Of a stretch of 64,000 bases of DNA, positions 40,791 to 56,531 are shown one piece after another. The notes under the pieces were generated by a model. It was not told the DNA's origin, did no database searches, and saw nothing but the letters and a program-made list of their open reading frames with translations. This DNA is from Eledone cirrhosa (taxonomy: Eukaryota): contig OZ024748.1 of NCBI GenBank assembly GCA_964016885.1, positions 55,800,001 through 55,864,000 of the forward strand. The letters run 5' to 3'. A program made the position numbers and the translations under genes. Each line of letters opens with the position of its first letter. Positions within the stretch are counted from its first letter, which is position 1.

Positions 40791-41259
40791 GTTTGTCTAA
40801 ACGAGTGTGTGCATTCAAATAGATATAGGTTCTTTTGTAAATAGTGATAGGAAAGGTCCAAATTATGTTCGTAACATTTTTCTATTTTTCTTTTCATTCT
40901 CCTTCTTCCTTCATTTGTTACATTATTTAATTCAAAATGTTGTTCTCTTCTGAATAATTTTTTTTTTTTTTTTACTATATCTACATAATGATTTATCTAT
41001 CATTTTATTCGTTGCTTGTAGTTTTTCTTATTAACTTTCTAGAAATATTCTATTCGTTTGAAATTTCTTACTATTTCCTCCTATATTTTTTTCTATGTTG
41101 TTTCTCTATAATCTATTTAATTCATGTCTCATATCCTTTATTTTCAGCTTTATTCTTTTCTTTTATATATATTTTTTCTCTCTAACATTCAGGCTGCCAC
41201 ATTTTTATTGTCTGCAGCTGATCTTTCCTTATTTCCAACAAATTTTCTCATGTCACAAC

Positions 41260-42320
<1,061 letters not shown>

Positions 42321-44588
42321 GTTATATATGAACTTACTTCAATATCACAACCGGAAGAATGTACAAACAAGGTTTTTAAAAATAGAAAGTAATGAACGAA
42401 AAGAATCTATCAACACACACAACAGAATAGAATCGCACATAATCAAATAACTTCCAATTAAACGGAATTATAACAAGAGAATATTTGAAAAAAATATTTC
42501 AAATATTGAAATAACGAAAATATATATTTAAAACTATAAAAGATAACGAAAATAATACATATTTTTGGCTTGAAGGATAAAAATTATAGACTGAAAGTAA
42601 ACATGAAATACAATTATATTTTGTTTTACGATCCTGATATTACTTTGTATGAAACACTAACACAAAGAAGTGTATATGTTGTTTGGTTTGAGAGACGGCT
42701 TGTTTGAACAAACGTAAGTATGGTTTCAATGGGTGTTGGTTGTTTGGTTTGTGAGCAGGTCGATGGGTGCAATGATATCACCTGTACAATAAATCTAACA
42801 TATTAACGTTGATTGCTTTGCTCATTAACAATCTCTTTCACCTCCAATGATATTTCTCAAAGAAACTGTGTTGGTTTTTTATTTTCATATTTTTTTCATT
42901 GTGTAGAATATCAGAATTATTTGGAAGCTGGTAAACAATGTTATAAGAAAAAGATATTTAATGAAGTGCACCAACTTTTGACTTTAATCGCCTGTTAAAA
43001 CTTTACGTCCCTCATTTATTTTGATATTTATTATTATTTTTGAGAATTTAAATTTACACAAGACTCCTTTAATTTGTACTAAATACTACTCACAGTTTAT
43101 TTCTTGTCATTAGACGATTCATAGATTTCCTTTTCTTTCAAAATCAATAGAACATCGGATATCATATTTTTCAGTTTTTGTTGCAGTTCTTTGATGGTCA
43201 AATATCTTGAGATCACCTACGCCTTTCATCAATTCTAGTTCGATAAATTTAGTATCAAACTAGTAAGGGCCACGATTCTGTCTAACATACTCTAGAGTGA
43301 TGGCCTCCAACAGGATTTCATATTGCCAAAATGCTTTGCTATACAAATCCATCATAATAAAAGTACTTATAATGTGATGGACATATGGTTACATAAAGTG
43401 CTCTAGCAAATCTAAAACACCGTGGCTACTAATACACAATTATTTCATTAAAAATATTCTTCTAGCGATGATTAAAAAACACAATTAATCATTATATATG
43501 CTGTAATATAAGACATATAATAGCGGCATATGATTAGAGCGATTTTCTCGATGGTTTGGTGAATAGGTAGTCCCTCATGAATCTGAATTTCTTTTTGCCA
43601 TTGTTAGACATTTGAAAATGTTAATAATTATGTGGATGAAACAAATTATACATTGTATGATTTCAAAATATTTACAAATGGAGTTGTATACAATCTTGAT
43701 TCATTATTATTTCGTAAGGCATATGTCGATAGTATAGCTGGATGGGTGTATGTATATATATATATATATATATATTGGGAATCCTTCACTATCTCATTGA
43801 CTTCACATCATTTTAACCCCTACTTTTCTCTTCCCCCTTCTTTTCATTCTAAGCATAAATTTACATTCCTCCACTCCTACCATAAAGTTTATACTACGTT
43901 TATTCTATCAACTTGACCTCTAACTTTTTTCTATTGGTCAATTCAAAACCCGTTCCCAAACAGACTTTTTGTATTATTAATTTCTTTCAATAAACATACT
44001 TCATCATTTCTGAAAATGGCATATATAAGTGAAGGTATGTATATCTCCTCTGATAATTTGTAATATTTTTTTACATAGATCTTTAATATGATATACATAC
44101 CAACATACACATATATATATCCCAGAAACGATCGTAACATGATGATTCTTTTTAAATATAAGGAATCTGTTCTTTGTTTTTATTTCATTACTTTTATTAA
44201 TTTATTATGGATCTGTTTTCCTATGATTTTTATCGTAACATTTTGAATGCATTTTCTCTTTTCATTATATCTTCTATATTTGGATTACTTTGAGTTTTTC
44301 ATGCGGATTGGACACTACTGTTTATTTTAGTAGATTTATCTACATATATATATATATATATCACAGAAAAAAGAGAATCAGTGTTGCGACGAAAGGAATT
44401 TATTGGACATCTTACAATTGTTTCTCGGGCAACCAGCTCGAGGCACGATCGCATACGGAGCTTTAAGCATCCAACATCAATTATATATATATAAAAAGCA
44501 TTTGAAACAGCAATAGCTCAGCAGTCAAGGTATCGACTCTTCATAATATATACATATAGTAATAATAAATAATATATATATATATATA

Positions 44589-44739
44589 TAACGAAGGAAG
44601 TGTGGTAAGGAACCAGATGGACCATAATGCACCAGAGTACTCAATAGTGTGGGTAATAGGAAAATGTTTAACTCCGACGGCAGAGCTGAAGCCGTCGAAA
44701 CGGCTTGAGCTCTGCTGTTGGGGTTAAACATTTTCCTAT
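44589..44739 (-). mobile_element. Family A fold-back copy
   Basis: taacgaaggaagtgtggtaaggaacc tail plus inverted arms centred near 44695. Confidence 0.8.
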
Positions 44740-45221
44740 ATATATATGTATATATAACCCGTAGAGCAAATCTTTGTACAGATTAAAATTTAAGCAAATA
44801 ATCCCTTCTTTCACAATTTTAAGGGATCTTCTCGTGATTCTCAAAATATGTTATAATAAAGAATTGAAATTAACTTCGGAACTTGATTTGTTAATATGTT
44901 TACCTTCAGGTACATTTTGAGGTCAATTCGCGATTAAAAGTAACATTTTGTTTGCATATTTCATGCATTGTTAATTTCCGTTAATGCGTGCGCGTTTTCA
45001 TTGTTCCTCAATCTTCATGAAACAAAACCTTGATGAAAACATCTCCCTACGTGATGCCTCTGTTAGTAATGTTTTAGGGCGTATGTATAGGGGTTTTCAC
45101 ATTTATTGATCACTAGATATTTGTAAACCTACAGACACTTATATTCGTGCATATGTACACATATGCTTAAACAGTTATCTCTCTATAATTATATATATAT
45201 GAATATATATCTGTGTGTTTC

Positions 45222-45335
<114 letters not shown>

Positions 45336-46559
45336 ATTGCGTGTGTGCATATATATGTATGATAGCGCAAGATGAGATAAATTAGCCAGCTATGAAACTT
45401 CATTAATAATGTATATTCATTATCCCGAGTAACATTGCCTAATTTTATTCCTATGCTCTTTCTTTATTGTGCCACCTGTCAAATTATCATGCAAATAGAC
45501 CTATTTATTAAAACTGATGCTAATATATTTCTTATGCAAGAACAATTTTTCGTGTGTAATTATATGTAAATTATGAAAAGAATATTCATCAACACTGTTC
45601 CGAATTTTTAATTTTCTTTATTAAAAACATATTTTGTTTATTGTACATTATTATATTATATATAGAATTCGCAATTATATTTTCTGTTTCTCCTTTTTCA
45701 TTTAGATAACAATACCAATGTCTCTATTCACAACAATAATTAATATTTCTAAAATTCTAACAATGTGTATTAATCCCATAAGTCATGAACAGAGAAACAA
45801 ATATACAAAGCCTGGTTTACATAAAGGTTTATTGTAATATTTATTCATTTAAAATTATATTCTTAGAAATAGAAATGTGTTTAATTATCCAATCATGAAT
45901 GGTTTGTTTCTCTTTATTTATCTTTCCTTCTGTTTGCCCCCACGTCTTTAGTCCCATATATATTTCAATAGTATGTGTTAATTGTATGTTTACATAATGA
46001 AATAGTATGATCTAGATAACCAAGCCGTCTAGATTCTAATTCAACAAATATTATACAAATTATATGTTCATGTATTTTATATATATTTTGAAAAGACAAA
46101 ACGGACCTATATTTAGAAAGAGAAGAATGTAAATCTACATTACATGGGAAAGTTATCGTCTGTTATGGATTATATTTTCTGTTTTAAGTAACTTTCATGC
46201 AAGAATAAAATGAAATGACAGGGCTATATACTAATTAAAAAATATATCCTTGTTGTAAGTTCCCCATTGTTATTACTCAGCTATTACCTGAACAACAGAA
46301 GACATTTTAGAAAATATTTGAGATGACAATAATAATCACTTGGACACATTCTTAGAATATACTTAATGATTAATACCAGAGTGAGACGCCCTTGGCAGCA
46401 TAAAAGTGTTAGTTTTATGTGAATATGATAAAAGCCCTCAATAATCATGAGGCTTTTCTCCCATATGAACAACACTGCAAATATTACTCGAGATGAGTTA
46501 GGGTTTCTGATATTTATCTTTGACCTTGTACATTACCTCAATAAACAACAGTGTCCATA

Positions 46560-46591
<32 letters not shown>

Positions 46592-46867
46592 GGAGAGAGA
46601 GTCTGCGCTGCTGCGACCAATAAGACCACAACTCATCGGAGTATTCAATGCATGGGGAAGTGATGAGTAGATACAATGACAGTAATGGGGGTATACCTCT
46701 ATCTTTCTATCTACCTCTCTCTCTATATATATATATGTCTACAAATCTTTCTCTCTCTCTCTCTCGCTCTCTCTCTCTCTATCTATCTATCTATATATCT
46801 GTTTATGTATATATATATATACACACACACACATATGTATATATATACACACACATATATATATATA

Positions 46868-47225
46868 TTAGAATTGGTGCTCTGAAATAGCGATATATAC
46901 CTGAATGTATATACAGTTTATTTTGCAATACACTGTATGCTTAATTTTCAATTTCTGCTTGACCGGCAACCGCTCTGTATAATCAGTTCCTGATTATTAC
47001 TAGAATTCTATAAGAATCAAACATTCATGATTTTCAGCAAACAGGTGGAGTACTTAGCTTTGATTAGCACCAAAAAGTGCGAAACAAAGCTCTGTCAGCT
47101 TTATCTCCCCTGTTTGCTGAAAATTAAAGTAAGTGAGACTGTCACTACTCTAAAACAATAGCGTAAGGTCTTCGAAATCGTTTTAATTAAGCATACAGTG
47201 TATTGCAAGATACACTATATATACA

Positions 47226-47230
<5 letters not shown>
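46868..47230 (+). mobile_element. Family B element, ~1 unit with short 5' inverted arm
   Basis: 46942-47230 matches ~56957-57245; 46868-46946 is an inverted arm; TA flanks. Confidence 0.85.
47056..47100 (+). ncRNA. Type I HHR motif (family B, diverged copy)
   Basis: agct TTGATTA gcac-caaaaa-gtgc GAAAC aaagctct GTC agct; stem II covaries with the 57072 copy; position 8 is mutated. Confidence 0.7.
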
Positions 47231-47303
<73 letters not shown>

Positions 47304-47919
47304 TATTTATATATATATATATATAAAGAGAGAGAGAGAGAGAGAATGTGTATCAGTTTGGTGATTCAATGGCACGTTTGCCAATATACAGAGGGCACAG
47401 AAGACACATTAAGATGGAAAGATAATCGTGATGGTAGAAACACATAGGTATAGAGTTTACCTGAAAATATATATTTCTTTTCTAAATGTTAATGTTTTAA
47501 AAATCACTGCTATATTTATTACTCTATATATATAGTGTTTGGGGGTAGGCAATGTTGTGGATATATATATACACATATATATATATACATAAGCAGGGGT
47601 ACTAAATTCCTTTCTCTTTGTTTATATTTTATATTGCATTTATTTAGACATATCTTCCTGCTGTTTACACGCGCGCAAATGTACAAACCAACCGTTTACA
47701 CGCGGGCAAAGATACAAAACAACTTAGATCATTGATATAGAAAAGTCTACTAACATACATAGGATTCGATCAGGTAAAAACCATTGTTAACAAATTAGCC
47801 GGCTGTTCCTGACAATCATTTTTAATGTAAATATAATTAGTAAGAAAATGGAGCATATGTATTTGGGGCACTGTTGCTTAACCAGATGTGCACGCGCACA
47901 CATACACACACACTTAAGC

Positions 47920-48047
<128 letters not shown>

Positions 48048-48119
48048 CCAGAGAGTGTAATGTTACGTTACTGCCGATTCACCCAGGTGAGCACTCGGTG
48101 ATTAGGTTCACGTTCGTGG

Positions 48120-48412
48120 CGAGGTGTAGAGCTAGACAGAGTGTAATATAATATCACAAGGACGATTTGTTAAACCTTCATTACGTTTATAGATTGGTGA
48201 CGCGTATTTCGCTATTTATGTATATCGATCTGGCACGACTCTGGAATTAAAAGCTCGTCGGACATCTGCGGTTGTAATGACAGCAGCAGAGGTCCGGCGA
48301 GCTTTCGATTCCATATCCATACAGGTCGATTCTTGAGCTGATCAATAGCGAAACGCGCGTCACCAATGTATAAAAATTATGAAGGCTTAACAAATCGTCC
48401 TTGTATTATTAT
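48120..48412. mobile_element. Family C fold-back copy
   Basis: caaggacgatttgttaa...aagctcgtcggac is inverted as gtccggcgagctt...gaaacgcgcgtcacc...ttaacaaatcgtccttg. Confidence 0.8.
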
Positions 48413-48435
48413 ATTAGTAAATTATATTATATATA

Positions 48436-48620
48436 GGGCGGTGAATTGGCAGTATCGGTAGAGGGTTGGACGCCATGCTTTCTAGCATAGTTACTTCCCC
48501 TGTTTGAGTTCAAATCCCGCCGATGTTAACTTTGCCTTTCATCCTTACGGTGTCGATAAAATAAAGTACCAGTAATGTACTGGGTAATTGCTGGCCTTGT
48601 GCCTAAAGTAGAAACAATTA
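48436..48620 (+). mobile_element. SINE family 1, full length
   Basis: Head, B box, core and tail present. Confidence 0.9.
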
Positions 48621-49008
48621 TATATATATATTTGGACAGCCTAAATAACTGATGTTTCACGTAACCTCTATATCTATATGTCACTACCATCACCTGTAAC
48701 TTTAATCCGAAAATATTCAGGCCGAACCGCATTTAATTTCCATAATTGAAACACGTGACTTTCCTGACAGCACATATACATACATACACATAATACTTAC
48801 TTACAAACTCATATGTATATATTTATATATATGCATAAAGAAAGAGGGAGAGCAGTGAGTCTTTGCGAGTGTGTAAGTTAAAACAAACTTGGCAACCTTA
48901 ACGATGAGTTTGATAAATTCATAAATTCTTCATTTGCTTATCCTAAATGTTGACCGTTTCTGTATTTATCAAGCAAATGAACAGTTATGGGAAGTTAACG
49001 GTTTGTTA

Positions 49009-49042
<34 letters not shown>

Positions 49043-49059
49043 GTATATTTATACATATA

Positions 49060-49135
<76 letters not shown>

Positions 49136-49171
49136 TCACAGGAATCAAAGTTATGTTCAAACCATTTATTA

Positions 49172-49216
49172 GCTTACAATTGTTTCATCCAAACCGAGGT
49201 TTGGTGTCTTCGGAGC
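49172..49216 (-). ncRNA. Minimal HHR motif (CCGAAGA core) in a ~160-bp insert between TA tracts
   Basis: Minus strand: gct CCGAAGA ca-ccaaacc-tc-ggtttgg-at GAAAC aatt GTA agc, then taataaa. Confidence 0.65.
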
Positions 49217-49291
49217 ATTTTTCAATGTTTGTATACATACGTGACCTCCTTTCCGACGCAGTATATACATAACCATAAATAGTATCCTTAA

Positions 49292-49330
<39 letters not shown>

Positions 49331-49977
49331 GTAAGTAAGTATGCATACACATTTACACACACACACACTTCTCATACTTACATACATTTATATATTTTAT
49401 GTAATTATTTATGCATACACAGTTATGCACAAACTCTCTCACACATACATACACACATAGACAGTAACATATATATCATTTTCATTCTTTTTTTACATAT
49501 CATCCCTAGTATATTTCCATTTAGGTTCAAAGGTAAAAACAAAGAGATTATTTTTATCGGGCTTGGAAAACTAGTAATTTATGTCCCCGATCGATTTCAG
49601 GATGACGTAATAATTAGGTTGTCTTAACTAGGCATTATGAAATTGATTGGTAACATGTGTTAACATGTATGTATCATATGAGGTCTGACGTTATCGTTAT
49701 ATTATTGTAGATCTTTTAATTTTTTTTTCTTTTAAGATAGAATATTAAAACTAAACTGAATAATAGAATTGATCTAGTGATTGATTTAGGCTGAATCTGT
49801 TGCATCATATTAATTAAATGCAAGTAAAACATCAAATATGTCTGTTAATATTGATTAGCGTGTTTTGATATAGAGGGTTACAATGACGAGGGTGATGATG
49901 TTTATGATGATGTCGGTGATGATGATGTTTATGATGACGACGGCCAGCAATTATGCCAGTACGTTACGATGATATAT

Positions 49978-50102
49978 AATTGTTTCTACTTTTGGCACAA
50001 GGCCAACAATTATCCAGTGCATTACTGGTACTTTATTTTATCGACCTCGTAAGGATGAAAGGCAAAGTTAAGCATGGCGTCCCACCCTCTACCTATACTG
50101 CC
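49978..50102 (-). mobile_element. SINE family 1, internally deleted
   Basis: Tail, core and head fused; inside a GAT-rich tract. Confidence 0.8.
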
Positions 50103-51000
50103 GTGATGATACATTTGATGATGATAATAGCAAGAATGATAATTGGGACGAGTTTCCGACTATGATAATGATGTTGATGAACATGGTATAAGACAAGTCT
50201 TGAAAATAGCCCTCCTATGGAAGAATGGTTGTAGTAAATACTAAGATGAAGAAATATATATTATAATCCGTAAAAACTAGTTAAGTATTCCATAAACAGC
50301 CTTTCATTTGTGTGTCTCAGCTTAGAGACTAGCTTCCATTAACCTCATTATAGGCAGTGGTCCTATATTTGGGAGAAGGCGCTTCTCGGTTACATCACCC
50401 ATTAACTATGGAGCCACGCCTGAATAGCGTATCTGACAAACTATTGCATCACATTTTCATATGGGATCTATTTAACAAAAGGTTTTAATATGATGTCGAA
50501 TTCTATAGCAAGGTATCCTATATACCATTAACCGATTCAGCAATGTTTTAATAATATATAGTGATGGGAATGCGAAACGCTTATAACAATTGGGAAAGGC
50601 ATAAACGCCATATATTTACAGCTATCCAGAAACAAAAATGAAGATTTCTGTGTGCCCAAGAATTATATGAATTTACAATGGTGGATTTCAGTTTTAATTA
50701 CAGCTTAGTATTTTCACAATACATCATAAATTGCTTCAATCTATCTTTACATAAAACACTCTGTTGTGTTATTCATTTATTTATGCTAAACTTGCGATAT
50801 CTATGTGAAAAATAGATATATATTTATGTATGTAAATTGTCACTTTATGTAATTACTTTTTTCGTTATTATATATTTGTGTCTATATTGTTTATGAGGGA
50901 ACACTGTTATTAACCTACTCACAGTCACAAATATAAACATATGTACGTATATGTGTAGAACAACACGCCCTCTCACATGTATGCACACAGTGAGACACGT

Positions 51001-51068
<68 letters not shown>

Positions 51069-51119
51069 TATATGAGTATACATACATACAAACACTCATA
51101 TACACTTATTGTTTTCTGA

Positions 51120-51345
51120 TTTAGGCACACGGTCAGCATTTGTATTTTTGTGGGAGGGGAGTTGTTTAAACCGATCTCAGTGCATTACTGGTACTGTATT
51201 TGATGGACCCCGTAACTCAGATCGGAAAGGGTCATAACCCTATTCCTAAATGCACGCTGTCCGGAATTTGAACTCAGAACATAAAGGGTTATAACTCTAT
51301 GCTGCAAATACTGGTGTCTGACGCTCTACTGAACTGCCAATCCTG
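51120..51345 (-). mobile_element. SINE family 1, degraded long form
   Basis: gtgcattactggtact, atttgaactcag, ctgccaatc. Confidence 0.65.
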
Positions 51346-51859
51346 GAATAATAATAATAAAACATTTTAAAAAAGAATAGACACACTGATGTGCTTTCAC
51401 CATTCTGTGTCTACCAAATTTCACTAAGAAGTATTTTGGTCGATATGACGTCATGGTCCAATCAGTTTCCTAAGATGGCGTGACATGGAGATACATAAGT
51501 GTTAATATAATCACCTGAAGGAATAGACTTTGTTCAGTTCTTTCAAGTTTAGCAAACAATAACACAAGATAGGAACGTTGGTATTTTTACGTTATTCATC
51601 CTTTTTCTATTCCGTTGCAATACGATCAAAACAAATGTGATAAAGAGACATGGAGCGATGTTATCGATGACAAACCTTGGAAGAATTTATTTCAACTTTT
51701 AATATAATACATAGCTAAAGGTTATTTCAATTTATCTCCCCCTTCTTGCAACTATTTATAAATGCATTAAAATAAGTTAGATTTCAAAATACAAGTATAG
51801 GGATTAGTCACGATAATGAATGATATATATTTTCTCTTTTGTAAGCGAATTCTGTGCAT

Positions 51860-51923
<64 letters not shown>

Positions 51924-51983
51924 ATGCATATACACAATTATTCCACGCATATGTGCATACATATTACCACTCTCTACTTATAT

Positions 51984-52022
<39 letters not shown>

Positions 52023-52446
52023 CGATAAGGCCTTACATATGTTACAGGCACAAATCAAAAATTCATTTTAAATTTGATATTTTCTCTCTCATTATCTAGT
52101 TTCATATATGTATATTTAGTTGTTTAGTTTTGGTCTCGAAACTTGTGAGCCATCCTATATTTCTTACCGGATATTTTTACAAAGTTATCTAGAGAATAAT
52201 AAACATTGATGTTGTAAGCCCACCTAGAAAGCAACCCCTTACCAATTGAATTTCCGGCGCCCAAAGGTTAACCATAAACAGCCAGTGATATATTAACAGC
52301 AGGTAGTTATAACTGTTTTTATGACTTGTGAGCGATAGGTAGAGGTGTAGAAAAGATCTTTGTAAGAAAGAAAGATTCAGAGAATGATGAGTATGTGTTT
52401 ATATCTATCTTGCCCTGCATCCATATATAAATATACACACGCACAC

Positions 52447-52551
<105 letters not shown>

Positions 52552-53034
52552 GGTTAACTCTGAATCATACCATTGTTTGTGTGTGCGTCTGAGTTCGAGT
52601 GAGAAGAGAGAAACCAGGGATCGTGTGAGAAAGTGTAATAGACATGTAACGCTAATATATATTGAATATATACACGCAACCGGTTGACGTCAGTAACGAG
52701 ACATCCGATGGTAAATCGCACAGTTGATTCCTAATGCAATAAATAGAATGAGTAAACATATATATTCACCATTATCATCTATTCAAAATTTCTTCGTTAT
52801 GCTAATTTCTTTTAAAAAATATATTATTACCCTTGATAAGATACTGAACACTCATCACATGTTTCTCCTTTTATGTATACATTTGTAAATAATTTCTGAT
52901 AATATTGATGTAAATAATGACGTTTATGATGCGGAGGACCATCCGCATAATCAATATCTGCGTCATACTCCTACTTCAACAAGGCTGCTACATATCCTGA
53001 AGCTTATACTATCATCATCCCTACAATTACAAGG

Positions 53035-53430
53035 CCGAGACGCTCACGGCTACATGTCCGAGACGCTCACGGCTACATGTCCGAGACGCTCACGGCTACA
53101 TGTCCTAGACGCTCACGGCTACATGTCCTAGACGCTCACGGCTACATGTCCGAGACGCTCACGGCTACATATCCGATACTCTCACGGCTACATGTCCGAG
53201 AATATCACGGCTACATGTGCAAGACACTCACGGCTACATGTCCCAGACTGACTCTCACGGCTACATGTCTGAGACTCTCACGGCTACATGTCCGAGACTC
53301 TCACGGCTACATGTCCAATACTCTCACGGCTACATGTCCAGTACTCTCACAGCTACATATCCGAGACTCTCACGGCTACATGTCCGAGACTCTCACGGCT
53401 ACATGTCCGAGACTCTCACAGCTACATGCC
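53035..53430 (+). repeat. 23-bp minisatellite, ~17 copies
   Basis: Unit ccgagac(g/t)ctcacggctacatgt. Confidence 0.95.
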
Positions 53431-53664
53431 CAAGTATTTATGGGTATTAACGATATTGGAATCAAGGACATAAAGTTATAAAGTCATGGTTTCCTATCTT
53501 ATTCCAGGTGGTGATATTTGTTCTCCAGCCAACCATAACATTATATGTTGCGATTCAGAATAGGATTGTAGCTCATACCATCACAACACACATACACACA
53601 TATATATATATTAAAACAGAAAACAAAACAATAACGAAGTGTGCAGTACAAAGTGTTAGTATTA

Positions 53665-54520
53665 GGGTCACGCCTTGCACTGGAGAAACACCAGGACTCT
53701 GGCTTTACTGTAGCACCGGCTCAGAGCAGGAGAGTTAACGCGAAAAAGATATCAGGTGCTGAATTTGCTGACGACATAGTTTTGGTGACAAATACAGTAA
53801 AGGAGCCAGGGGATTTGAGGCAGGAGGTTGAGACTCTGTTGATGAGTGTGGGGCTGAGAATTAATGAGTCTTAAACAAAATATCTGGTAGAGAATGTTGA
53901 GAAACCAGAGGGGATTACTAATGTAGGCGAAAGCCACTAGAATTGGTTAACGACTTCCTGTATTTGGGAGCTAAGATTAGGAATACAGAAGATGATATGG
54001 TTGAGAGGAAGAGCAAAGCCTGAGCGGCGTGCCACTGCTTTAGATCGGTGTGGAAGTCGTACCTTCGTAAAGACCTGAAAATCCGCCTCTTCATTGCTAT
54101 AGTGGAGTCCGTGCTGCTGTGCGGGTCTGAGGCTTTGACACTGACCAAGAAACTCACTCAGATGATGGATGGATGCTACACGAGAATGCTGAGGATGGCT
54201 CTGAACATTAATCAGTATACACTAAGGATGGAAAACTCAGAGCTGTACGGGAGCCTCCCAAAAGTCAGCTCAAAAGTCACACAGAGGAGACTGAGGTTAG
54301 CTGGACATGCTCACCGTCATCCAGAGCTGACATTGCACTCAGTGCTCCTGTGGGAGCCCTACATGAACACACTGGAAGAGGAAGACCAAGGTTAACGTGT
54401 GTTGATGCCCTAAGGGCAGACACTGGTCTGTTAGAGACGCAGGGCATGGTAGTGAAAATGAGGGACAGAGATCACTGGTGAGAACTCGTCCGTGGATCTC
54501 GGGAATTTTACCCGCCCTAG
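53665..54520 (+). mobile_element. RTE-clade LINE, 5'-truncated, disrupted RT
   Basis: EFADDIVL (FADD at 53764-53775), GLRINE, FLYLG, LKIRLF..VESVLLCGSE..TLT, YTRMLR, RRLRLAGH; in-frame stops and frameshifts; ends in a microsatellite. Confidence 0.9.
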
Positions 54521-55348
54521 ATAGATATATGTATGTATATGTAAGTACATGGATATATATATATGTATGTATATGTATGTATATGTATAAGTATATATCT
54601 ATGTATATGTATATATATATTTGTATACGTATGTATATATGTATGTATATTTATGTCTGTATATGTATATATAGGTACACACAACATTAGAGAAATATCA
54701 AAACTAGTAAATTATATTTATTCCTTCATTTTCTTCTTTTATTCGTTCATTTCTGCGCACGTTTCAATATGGTTATAATGTTACATTTATTTGCAGAACT
54801 GCAAATTATTAATTTAAAATTAATATAATACTCATAGTGTTTTTCTCATCTTGCTAAAGAAAAAGTCTGAAGTACTACACTACAGTCACACACACACGTG
54901 TGTGTCTGTATGTGTGTTTAACGATAGAAAACCTAAAAAATATAATTTACATAGTGTTATTAACTAGGGTTTGTAAGTTCAATTAAGCACACGTGTTACA
55001 ATAAAGACATATTGTTGTGCGATGTCACAGTTGAGAGGTGTACAATATGAATAATTTCAAAATGACATTTCGAATTTTATTGTAATTTATATTACTTCAT
55101 CAAAGCGATCAACTACGTTGAGCTACTTAATTTGAATAATTACTGTGACTAAAACACGGGCAGCCATATATATGCCTACAAGCATATAAAAACCAACTGA
55201 ATGTAAAAACATACCGCTTATACACACACACTAACGCACACAAGCACACACACGCACAAACGCACACGCGCTAGTACATAAACACATATATGTGTATGTG
55301 TATGCTTTTATGTGTGTATATATATATATATGTGTGTGTGTGTTTGTT

Positions 55349-55416
<68 letters not shown>

Positions 55417-55418
55417 TG

Positions 55419-55449
<31 letters not shown>

Positions 55450-55704
55450 ATGTGTGTATATCAGCAGGGTTTCATGGAAACATCAATAACCCAGTTCTGT
55501 CATATCACTGATTGGAAACTACATGAGTAATTTTTAATAATGTAACTTTTTGTTCATGTAATAGGGGGAAATCGGCCTCAGGAGTTCGTTACTGTCACAT
55601 AACAGTTGACTTCGAAATACGTATAACAACGATTTTGTAAAAGGAAGAAAAAGACGATTATAGGAAGAAAAATATTTTTTTTTCCTTTTATTTTTTTTTT
55701 TTTC

Positions 55705-55968
55705 TTACTTTGTGTGAAGTGTTAAGGTATTGGTTAATGTATTTATTAATTAGCAAAATAGTTTACTTTGTGTGAAGTGTTAAGGTATTGGTTAATTTAT
55801 TTATTAATTAACAATGTATTTATTAATTAACAATATATATATATATATATTTATAATTATAAAATGTGGAAAGGGATTAAATGTATAAATAAATAAATAA
55901 ATGACATTGATAATTAATAAATAAATTAACTAATACCTTAACACTTCATACAAAGTAAACTATTTTGT
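55705..55968. repeat. 58-bp tandem duplication plus inverted copy
   Basis: ttactttgtgtgaagtgttaaggtattggttaat occurs twice; near reverse complement at ~55906-55968. Confidence 0.75.
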
Positions 55969-55982
55969 TTTAAACATTTTCA

Positions 55983-56145
55983 AAGTGTGGTAAGAAAGCA
56001 GGTGGACCATAACGCACCAGAGTACCCGGCCGTTTCGACAGCTAGATCCGAACTATGGATTTGCCCTATGGATTTATATATTTTATATATATATTATACT
56101 TATCGGCACTCTTCGGACATTAGTCTTCACATTTACTATTATTGC
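55983..56145 (-). mobile_element. Family A copy inverted relative to 57525-57752, internally deleted
   Basis: gtgtggtaagaaagcaggtggaccataacgcaccaga and ccggccgtttcgacagctagatccgaactatggatttgc are reverse complements of segments in 57610-57752. Confidence 0.8.
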
Positions 56146-56496
56146 TTACTGCGGTAAGAATTTCTTTCTTATTTCAAGGTTTAATGGGTTTCCACTGATG
56201 ATTTATAAGCGCCCACCTAAATATATTCTTACATGAATATATATTAGGCTTCTACATAAACTGGAAATATTCTCCCAACTTGTAGAAAACTTATAATGAA
56301 ACAATTGTTTGGAAAGAGAGATATACTTTAACTTTAATTATATCTCATAAAATAATACAACTGGTTTTTCCACATTATACATATTGTTAGCACCCCAAAC
56401 ACTTAAATTGGGTTTATATTTAAACATAACCTAATGTTTGTTGAGTGAGATGGTTACCAGTCAGAGTTTAGCTTTAAACTATCTCTGTTATTGTAT

Positions 56497-56527
<31 letters not shown>

Positions 56528-56531
<4 letters not shown>

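Noticed and set aside
46288-46474. Minus-strand AG...GT segment containing HMGEKPH
   Set aside because: The zinc-finger-linker-like frame stops at once and has no C2H2 pattern; the open frame is not protein-like
53077-53481. ORFs in three frames and CRISPR-like periodicity
   Set aside because: Head-to-tail 23-bp minisatellite with no spacers and no cas genes
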